This document shows positions 57,277 to 64,000 of a DNA stretch of 64,000 nucleotides, one piece after another. A program made the position numbers and the translations under genes. Below the pieces are notes generated by a model. The model saw only the letters and a list, made by a program, of their open reading frames with translations, had not been told where the DNA came from and made no database searches. The stretch is from positions 32,001-96,000 of IMG/VR virus record IMGVR_UViG_3300036846_000555; one strand, 5' to 3'. Positions within the stretch are counted from its first letter, which is position 1; each line of letters opens with the position of its first letter. Source of the stretch: a virus.

Positions 57277-57591
57277 ATGAGCAGCAGCAAGGTCAAGATC
57301 ATGGGCGCTGACACCGTCATCGCCCTGAACAAGAAGGCAGTCCTGAAGAGATACAACCGCACGCTGAGCAGCAAGTTCATCGGGCGGCTTGACGACGACG
57401 GCGTCAACATCGTCGTCACGCAACTGCTGCACGGCGACGGCGACTACGTCCGCACGCTGACGATGTTCAAGCTCGCCGACCGCGACGAGCCCGTCGAGGC
57501 CTGGTTCGACATCAGCCTGGACGGCTTCAACCGGCTCGCTGAAGTCGAGCGCCAGCCCGACGGCACGTACGACGTCAAGGCGGCGACGTGA
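57277..57591 (+). CDS. Hypothetical accessory protein
   Basis: First gene after promoter at 57222. Confidence 0.7.
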   Translation: MSSSKVKIMGADTVIALNKKAVLKRYNRTLSSKFIGRLDDDGVNIVVTQLLHGDGDYVRTLTMFKLADRDEPVEAWFDISLDGFNRLAEVERQPDGTYDVKAAT

Positions 57592-57863
57592 GCGCCAGGA
57601 TCCTGGTAGGCCATGAGGAGGGCGACAGCGGCTACGAGACCGCGCTCGCTTGCCTGTTTGACAGCGTCACCGGCTGGGCGTTCGGCCCGGTGTTCCGCCG
57701 CGGCGACGACGGCGAGTCCCCCGAGGACGCCGCGCAGGCGTTCCTCGACTGGCTGGAGGAGACCGAAGGGACCGACCCGCGAGTGGTCGGTCCGCGCGAG
57801 CTGGAGGAGCTGCACGGCCGCTGGCACAAGGAGCACTACCCGCAGGCGCGCACGAACCTGTAA
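57588..57863 (+). CDS. Hypothetical acidic protein
   Basis: GTGA overlap. Confidence 0.6.
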   Translation: MSARILVGHEEGDSGYETALACLFDSVTGWAFGPVFRRGDDGESPEDAAQAFLDWLEETEGTDPRVVGPRELEELHGRWHKEHYPQARTNL

Positions 57864-57957
57864 GCCGTTTGACCCGTCCGGCCCGGCCGGACGTACGCTC
57901 GGATCGTGGGTGCGATCCGCCTGTGGAGGCCCGCGAGGGCGGCAGTAAGGTTGGCGC

Positions 57958-58332
57958 GTGAGCGAGTACTTCGAACGCGTCGTCGTACCGCACCCCGCCG
58001 AGCCGCCCTGCCCCGCCGGTGCCCTGGTCTCGGAAGCGGCTGGGGGCACCGGCTGCATCTGTCGCATCACCCGGAACCTGATCGACAGCCGACGGAACCC
58101 TTCGACACTGCGGGCCTACTGCTTCAGCTCGGACGGCTATCAGACGTGCCCCACGTGGCGCGCCGACCGCGAGGAGCTATGGCGCAGCAAGACGACCCGC
58201 GACCTACTGGACCGCCGCGGGGATCTCGTCGCGGGACACCCGGAGGACCGGGAGCGCAACCAGGGGCTGGCGATGGCGATCGAAGCACAGGAGCGCGAGG
58301 CGTGGCTGTCGCAGAAAGAACGCGAGCGCTAG
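57958..58332 (+). CDS. Cys-containing hypothetical protein (leaderless)
   Basis: TAAGGT-N6-GTG; PPCP...CIC...YC...CPTW. Confidence 0.6.
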   Translation: MSEYFERVVVPHPAEPPCPAGALVSEAAGGTGCICRITRNLIDSRRNPSTLRAYCFSSDGYQTCPTWRADREELWRSKTTRDLLDRRGDLVAGHPEDRERNQGLAMAIEAQEREAWLSQKERER

Positions 58333-58340
58333 CCACGCAC

Positions 58341-58499
58341 GTGTACGTGACGGACGAGAGCACGCTCCTGTACGTGCTGGAGATCGGCGCTCCCGACGCC
58401 GCCGTCGTCGAGGACGTGCTGACCGGCAACATCGTCAAGATGAGAGCGTCGGCGCTGCGCGAGTGGCGCGTCGTCACCCCGATGGAGAGCGATGGCTGA
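58341..58499 (+). CDS. Small hypothetical protein upstream of portal
   Basis: YVTDESTLLYVLEIG...; overlaps the portal start; start codon uncertain. Confidence 0.4.
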   Translation: MYVTDESTLLYVLEIGAPDAAVVEDVLTGNIVKMRASALREWRVVTPMESDG

Positions 58500-60540
58500 C
58501 TGGCTGAACCGGCTGCAGGAGGCCGCCGAGATCCGGACCGGCAAGAAGGTCGTCGACGCCGACTACGTCGAGCTGCTGGAGGCCTCAGACGTCGAGCGGC
58601 GCGCCATGCAGAAGGAGCTGGATCTCCTCGGCTGGTACGTGCTCGACTATATAGGCGGGCAGCCTCAGGAGGTCAAGCCTCAGGAGCGCCGTCGGATGGC
58701 GGCGCAGGCGCGCATGGTGTGGGTGCAGGACCCGGTCGCTGGAGCCAACGTCGAGCTGTCCTGCAACTTCATCTTCGGCCGCGGCGTCCCGAAGCCGAAG
58801 GCCGCCGACGAGAAGGTGCAGGAGGTCATCGACGAGGCGTGGGACGACTCGGACAACAAGGCGGTGCTGACCACCTACCCGGCGCAGGTGGCGCTCTGCA
58901 CCGATCTCGTACTCCAGTCCAACCTGTTCCTGCTGTTCTTCCAGGGCGACGACGGCAAGGTCAAGCTCGGCCTGCTCGACCACGACTCCGTCGAGGACGT
59001 CGTCCGCGACTCCAACAACCGGCTGCGGGTCCTGTACTACGTCGCCCGGCGCCGCACCTACGGCTGGGACTTCGACAACGACCGGCCGTCCATCCGGGCT
59101 CAGATGGACAGCCAGGATCCCAGCAAGCCGCGGGTCATGTACTACCAGTCGCTCGCCGCCACCGACTCCGAGACCGGCGAGCTGGACACCGAGGACAACC
59201 AGTGCCCGCCGACCAAGCTCGGCGACGGGCTCGTCTACCACATCGCCATCAACCGCGGCTCCGAGCAGGTGTTCGGCGTCCCGGCGATGCGCCGCCTCGT
59301 CAAGTGGATGGCCGCCCTGAACGACTTCATGGCCGCCCGCGTCGACCTGACGCAGGCCGCCGCCGCGTTCATCATGCGCCGGTCGGTGAAAGGCTCACCG
59401 CAGCAGGTGGCGAACATCGCCGCCAAGGCCATCTCCCGCCGGTCGAACCTCGCGGCGACGTCGATCGACGACCCGTCAATGGGCATGATCCAGCCGGGCC
59501 CGCGACCCGGCTCGATCCTGAACGACTCCGACGCGGTCACGACGCAGCCGTTCACCGTCCCGACGCAGGCGGCGCAGGCGGCGCAGGACGCGCAGATGAT
59601 CCGCTCCCAGATCAGCGCCGCGACCTGGCCGCAGCACTACCTCGGCGACCAGTCCAACGCGAACCTCGCGACCGCGACCGCGCTGGAGCTGCCGGTCGTC
59701 AAGAAGGTCGAAGCGTTCCAGGAGCTGTTCGAAGGCCTGTTCCGCACGTTCATCGACCGGTCCATCCAGCAGGCCGTCGACAACGGCACGCTGCCGACCG
59801 CGCTCACGCCCGAGGAGCGCGCCAGGCTCAAGTCAAAGAAGCCGGAGAACCAGGTGCCGGGCGCGCCGGGGATCACGCCGCCCGCCGCTCCGATCCAGAC
59901 CGAGCCGCCGTCGTCGCAGACCGAGCCGAGCACGAACGGTGCCGCGCCAACCGCGCTCAGCGCGGGCTACGAGGGCCAGACCGAGGACGAGGAGGACACC
60001 GAGCGCGACCTGAGCTATGAGTTCTCGATGCCGAATCCGCTGAAGCGCCAGATGGCCGACCTGGTCAACTCGATCGCGAACATCGCGCGCACCTTCGACC
60101 CGAACAACACCAACGTCGAGCTGTCCCGCACGCTGCTGGGCGTCGCACTCGGCCAGGGTCTGGAGCTGGCCGACCCGGCCGCCGCCGTCGAGCGGATCCT
60201 GCCCGAGGGGTACGTCGACCCGATGCTCGCGGCGCAGATGCAGGCAGGCGGCGGCGGAGGTCCGCCACCGCCGCCGCCGCCGCTGATCCCGGACGAGCCG
60301 AATATGTTCGGGCCCGGCGGCCCGGCACCCGGCGAGGGTCCGACGCCCGGCCAGGGCCCGGACGGCGAGCAGAACCCGTACGGCGCGCAGGGCTTCAGCT
60401 CCGCATACCAGGGCAACCAGGGCCAGATCGGCGAGGCGTCCGCGCGCCAGGCGGAGCTGGAGGCGCTGCTGGAGCAGGAGCTGGGCGCGATCGTCGACGG
60501 GCTGCTGGCCGAGGCCAGCACGAACGGCGACGGGCACTAG
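58492..60540 (+). CDS. Portal protein with Pro/Gly-rich insertions
   Basis: 682 aa, directly before MuF; NFIFGRGV and HIAINRGSEQVFGVP segments. Confidence 0.75.
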   Translation: MADWLNRLQEAAEIRTGKKVVDADYVELLEASDVERRAMQKELDLLGWYVLDYIGGQPQEVKPQERRRMAAQARMVWVQDPVAGANVELSCNFIFGRGVPKPKAADEKVQEVIDEAWDDSDNKAVLTTYPAQVALCTDLVLQSNLFLLFFQGDDGKVKLGLLDHDSVEDVVRDSNNRLRVLYYVARRRTYGWDFDNDRPSIRAQMDSQDPSKPRVMYYQSLAATDSETGELDTEDNQCPPTKLGDGLVYHIAINRGSEQVFGVPAMRRLVKWMAALNDFMAARVDLTQAAAAFIMRRSVKGSPQQVANIAAKAISRRSNLAATSIDDPSMGMIQPGPRPGSILNDSDAVTTQPFTVPTQAAQAAQDAQMIRSQISAATWPQHYLGDQSNANLATATALELPVVKKVEAFQELFEGLFRTFIDRSIQQAVDNGTLPTALTPEERARLKSKKPENQVPGAPGITPPAAPIQTEPPSSQTEPSTNGAAPTALSAGYEGQTEDEEDTERDLSYEFSMPNPLKRQMADLVNSIANIARTFDPNNTNVELSRTLLGVALGQGLELADPAAAVERILPEGYVDPMLAAQMQAGGGGGPPPPPPPLIPDEPNMFGPGGPAPGEGPTPGQGPDGEQNPYGAQGFSSAYQGNQGQIGEASARQAELEALLEQELGAIVDGLLAEASTNGDGH

Positions 60541-60578
60541 TTTGCGCTAGCCGGTCAAGGCGCCCGTAGCCTTCAGGC

Positions 60579-63500
60579 GTGGCGGTCCCCGACCAGCAGG
60601 CACCACCGCAGACGCATCCGCAGGTTCAGCGCCTGCTCGACGCTGCGCAGACCGGCGCGACCATCGCCGCCGCCGGTCAGGTCACGAAGGCGGCGACCGT
60701 CGGTCCGGGAATCGCGGTCGCGGCGCCAGCGGTCGCCGCGGGCAAGATCGTATCGGCGGCCGCCGAGCCGGTGGAGTTCGGCATCAAGGTCGCGCTCGCG
60801 CTCCGGATCCTGCGCCGCCTGTTCCGCGGCCACAAGATGGAGAGCGCGAGCTGGCTGGAGAACGAGCTGCGCCGCCGCTTCCCCGACGCCGACCCGGCCG
60901 TGATCCGCGCCGCGGTGCAACGCGAGATGACGTTCGAACAGGCGTTCCAACGCAAGGCGCTGGCCCGCACCGAGACCGACATGCACGCCGCCGGGCAGCT
61001 CCCGACGCCGCGGGCGCGCGCCAAGCGTGCCGGGGAGATCATCGCCCGCGAGAAGCACTACAACGCGCTGCGCGAAAAGGCGCTGCTGAACCGCGCGGTC
61101 GCGCATGTCGAGAACGCCGGGGTCAAGGCCGTCTCACCGCAGGGCGCGAAGTGGGTGCTCGGCCAGCGCAAGAACCACACGCTCGGGTGCCTGGCGCTGG
61201 CGGGCAAGAACTGGCCGTGGGAAGTGCTGGACATGATTCCGCCGCCGCTGCACACCGGCTGTGGCTGCAGCCTTGCGCCGCTGAAGCCGGGCGACACGGT
61301 GCCGCCGGTGGCGCAGGCGCTGCGCGCCGCGCAGGCCGCCATGGCGCTGGAGGAGGCTGTCCGCAGCGTCGCTGACGCCGGGGAGATCAACGCCTACCTG
61401 GACGGCTGGCCGGTCCGGCCGAGCGTCGAGCGCGCGCTCATGCAGCTCACCGAGGCCGACTACAAAGAAGCGCTTCATCCCCGTGGCCGCGGTGGCCGCT
61501 GGGTGCAGATCCTGAACAAGATCAAGGCCGCGAAGATGGACGACATCACCGACGTCGAGGGCCACAGCGTCATGCGGCTCAAGGACGAGGGCTACAGCGT
61601 CCGCGTCGGCGCCGGGAACCGGGTCAGGACGCACGATCCGGAGGTGGTCGCTGACGCGATCGTGAAGCATCTGGACGAGCGGGCGAAGCTGGGCACGCCG
61701 GTGACGCTGGCGAACATGGACGACAACTTCCAGAAGTGGTTCAGCCCGCAGAAGCTGGACGGCGGCAAGGAGACCCATCCGAAGTCCGGCTACGACGTGC
61801 ATGTCGGCAAGTGGCTGTCGGTCAAGCAGCCCGAGCCCGACGTCGACGGCCCGCCGATCTTCAAGGTGACCGACTACGGCGCGCACGCTGGCGAGCAGAT
61901 GTTCCCGACGGATGCCGGGACGCAGCCGATCCGGGAGCTGTACCGCGGCATGAGCATCGACGAGTGGAACCAAGCCGTCGAACGTGGGTACATCCAGTCA
62001 GACCGGCGCGGCGTGATCGGAAGCTGGGAGGGCACGAACGCCGGGATCGACCCGCAGACGTCGCAGTCCTACCTGCCGCGCGGCGCGGAGTCGGTGATCG
62101 CGAAGATCGCCGTGCGGCCCGAGGATGGGTGGTTCGCCCGCAACGAGGACGGTTACCTGCGCACACGCAACCGGGTCCCGATGAGCCAGGTGACGGCCGT
62201 CTCGCCCGTCCTGTACAAGGATCCCGACGAGGGCCTGTTCGTGCGGTCTGACTCAACCTCGGCTGCTAAACTCACAAAGGAAGCTAATGGACAACGAACA
62301 GCTCAAACAAGAGGCGCTGCTGGGAGCGGTGGACGAGCACGGGGAGCCAACCTGGTTTCACTCGCCTCGCTCGATGCGTCCACCGACGCCGGATACAAGC
62401 GCTACACCGACGCCGTCCGAGCCAACCCCCACTCCGAGTACGTCACCCAGCCGTCCCAAGCAGAGCTAGGCGCCAAGCGGGTCTGGCTCTCGGACGACGG
62501 TCAGACCGGCGTCACCGTCTCGGCGGACGGCGAGGTCGGGAACCTGTTCGCCAACAACGACCAGGGCGCCGGAGGCGCGGCGCTTGATCACGCCGTCGCG
62601 AACGGCGGCACGTGGCTGAACTGCTTCGACGGGGCGCTCCCGAAGATCTACCAGCGCCACGGGTTCACCGAGGTCGCGCGCCTGAAGTTCGACCCGGAGC
62701 ACAAGCCTGAGGGCTGGGACATGGCGAGCCTGGACTCGCCCGACGTCGTGTTCATGGGCCACGGCGGCGAGCCGGTGCATCCGGTGCCGACGTTCACCGA
62801 CTGGGACACTGCCGAGCGCGCCGTGCTGGAGCACATCGGGGCGCTGCAGGAGGCGCACTGGACCGAGTGGCTGCACCCCCGCGGCCGGGGTGGTGTCTGG
62901 GTGGACGCGATCCACCACGAGATCAAGGAGCCCAAGGCCGAGAAGCCGCACGCGGAGTTCACCGGCGAGGACTTCGCCCGGGCGATGGACGGCTTCACGC
63001 ACGGCGGGATCACCGCGGTGCGCGCGAACCGCACCAGTGTCCAGAACCTGTACGGCGAGGTGTGGCTGAACCTGCAGAAGCAGGGCGAGATCCGGCCGGT
63101 CGGGCTGGCGCGCGTGATCGTCAAGCCGCCCAACCACCGCGGCGAGCGTGTCGCGGAGCTGGCGAACATCTACCTGCACGAGGACGAGCAGGAGCACGGC
63201 TTCGGCCGGGCGTTCACCGACTACTTCCTCAAGACGCTGCGCGACGGCGGCGTGGACAAGGTCAACGTCGAGGCCGTCTCCGTCGGCGGCTACGCGTGGG
63301 CCCGGCGCGGCTTTCAGTGGACGGCCGACAAGAAGGCCGAGCAGCAGCGGATCGTCGCCGACGCCAAGACCGACGGGCGCTGGGCGGAGATCGCCCGGCG
63401 CACACCACCGGCGGCGCTGGCCGAGTTCGAAGGCAAGATCGAGCGCGGAGAGTTCTCCTCCGAGGCGGAGCTGGCCGCCTACGGCATCGACCAGGGATGG

Positions 63501-63998
63501 CGCGAGTCTGACCCGGCGACCGGCGCGAGCACCGGCGCGCGGATGTGGCTCGGCAAGCAGCTCATGCTCGGCTCGCGCTGGAAGGGATCACGGCCGGTCA
63601 CCGTCACGGCCAGCCTGCAGGAGGCGCTCGACGAGCTGGAGCTGAGCGAGCGCGCCGAGGAGATCCGCCTGCTGTGGGATCCGGCCAAGCACGCGCGAGG
63701 CTGGCACGGGCACTTCGCCGAGATGCTCAAGCAGCTCCCGAAACCAGGCCTGCGCGGCCGCGGCGGCGGGCGGATCGAGGTGACCGACGGCCACCGCGTC
63801 ACCCGCACCCGCCACGGCTTTGAGGTCACGCATCCCAGCGGCCACACCGAGACGGTCGCGACGGCGGAGGAGGCCGCCACGATGGTCCACGACCGCTACG
63901 AGTCCGCGCGGATGGAGGCCGAGGTCAAGGCAGAGCTGGCCACCTCCGCGATCGAACGCGAGACACGCAAGCAGCGCGAGCGCGAGCAGCGCAAGGCC
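60579..63998 (+). CDS. Giant MuF/SPP1-gp7-family head protein with ART-like and two GNAT-like modules (3'-partial, at least 1140 aa; not in the ORF track)
   Basis: GTG 60579 with TAGCCT-N6; no in-frame stop to the window end by manual translation; PPPLHTGCGC at 61239-61268; LYRGMS at 61938; LNCFDGALPKIYQRHGF; EQEHGFG...GGYAWARRGF. Confidence 0.8.
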   Translation, partial: MAVPDQQAPPQTHPQVQRLLDAAQTGATIAAAGQVTKAATVGPGIAVAAPAVAAGKIVSAAAEPVEFGIKVALALRILRRLFRGHKMESASWLENELRRRFPDADPAVIRAAVQREMTFEQAFQRKALARTETDMHAAGQLPTPRARAKRAGEIIAREKHYNALREKALLNRAVAHVENAGVKAVSPQGAKWVLGQRKNHTLGCLALAGKNWPWEVLDMIPPPLHTGCGCSLAPLKPGDTVPPVAQALRAAQAAMALEEAVRSVADAGEINAYLDGWPVRPSVERALMQLTEADYKEALHPRGRGGRWVQILNKIKAAKMDDITDVEGHSVMRLKDEGYSVRVGAGNRVRTHDPEVVADAIVKHLDERAKLGTPVTLANMDDNFQKWFSPQKLDGGKETHPKSGYDVHVGKWLSVKQPEPDVDGPPIFKVTDYGAHAGEQMFPTDAGTQPIRELYRGMSIDEWNQAVERGYIQSDRRGVIGSWEGTNAGIDPQTSQSYLPRGAESVIAKIAVRPEDGWFARNEDGYLRTRNRVPMSQVTAVSPVLYKDPDEGLFVRSDSTSAAKLTKEANGQRTAQTRGAAGSGGRARGANLVSLASLDASTDAGYKRYTDAVRANPHSEYVTQPSQAELGAKRVWLSDDGQTGVTVSADGEVGNLFANNDQGAGGAALDHAVANGGTWLNCFDGALPKIYQRHGFTEVARLKFDPEHKPEGWDMASLDSPDVVFMGHGGEPVHPVPTFTDWDTAERAVLEHIGALQEAHWTEWLHPRGRGGVWVDAIHHEIKEPKAEKPHAEFTGEDFARAMDGFTHGGITAVRANRTSVQNLYGEVWLNLQKQGEIRPVGLARVIVKPPNHRGERVAELANIYLHEDEQEHGFGRAFTDYFLKTLRDGGVDKVNVEAVSVGGYAWARRGFQWTADKKAEQQRIVADAKTDGRWAEIARRTPPAALAEFEGKIERGEFSSEAELAAYGIDQGWRESDPATGASTGARMWLGKQLMLGSRWKGSRPVTVTASLQEALDELELSERAEEIRLLWDPAKHARGWHGHFAEMLKQLPKPGLRGRGGGRIEVTDGHRVTRTRHGFEVTHPSGHTETVATAEEAATMVHDRYESARMEAEVKAELATSAIERETRKQREREQRKA

Positions 63999-64000
63999 GA

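Noticed and set aside
1-64000. tRNA, tmRNA or rRNA genes
   Set aside because: No cloverleaf with a TTC loop and CCA end, or rRNA-like segment, was recognised in the few intergenic gaps; a tRNAscan-SE or ARAGORN run would be decisive.

Overview
The whole 64-kb window is one very GC-rich tailed-phage genome with a contractile tail; no host genes, integrase, tRNA or CRISPR were seen. An actinobacterial host is inferred from the GC content, leaderless TANNNT-N6-GTG starts, ArdA and RusA. Gene order looks like a nearly complete, circularly permuted genome. It opens inside the prohead protease/scaffold gene, then runs through capsid, neck, sheath, tube, tape measure, baseplate and three fibre genes (to 32.3 kb). 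Next come a RecT plus PD-(D/E)XK recombination pair, a primase-helicase, RusA and small accessory genes (32.4-45.6 kb), then terminase, a ~10-kb array of small accessory genes, and portal. It ends inside a giant MuF-family ORF (60579 to >64000) that the supplied ORF track misses because it has no stop codon in the window. Main highlights: (1) the MuF ORF is a string of predicted enzyme modules (one ART-like, two GNAT-like) separated by repeated LxEA...HPRGxxGxW motifs, and LxEA motifs recur near the termini of other head proteins, suggesting a protease-processed head-cargo polyprotein; (2) ten copies of a 17-bp palindrome (AGCRCAC-N3-GTGYGCT), nine of them overlapping extended -10 promoters, and about 18 copies of a CCGACCGAGGAG/ACCGAGGAG leader organise the accessory genes like cassettes; (3) two ~1500-aa fibres built from collagen repeats and tandem C1q/TNF-like domains; (4) a highly structured ~550-nt intergenic region. 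All domain calls come from motif recognition by eye, not from database searches.
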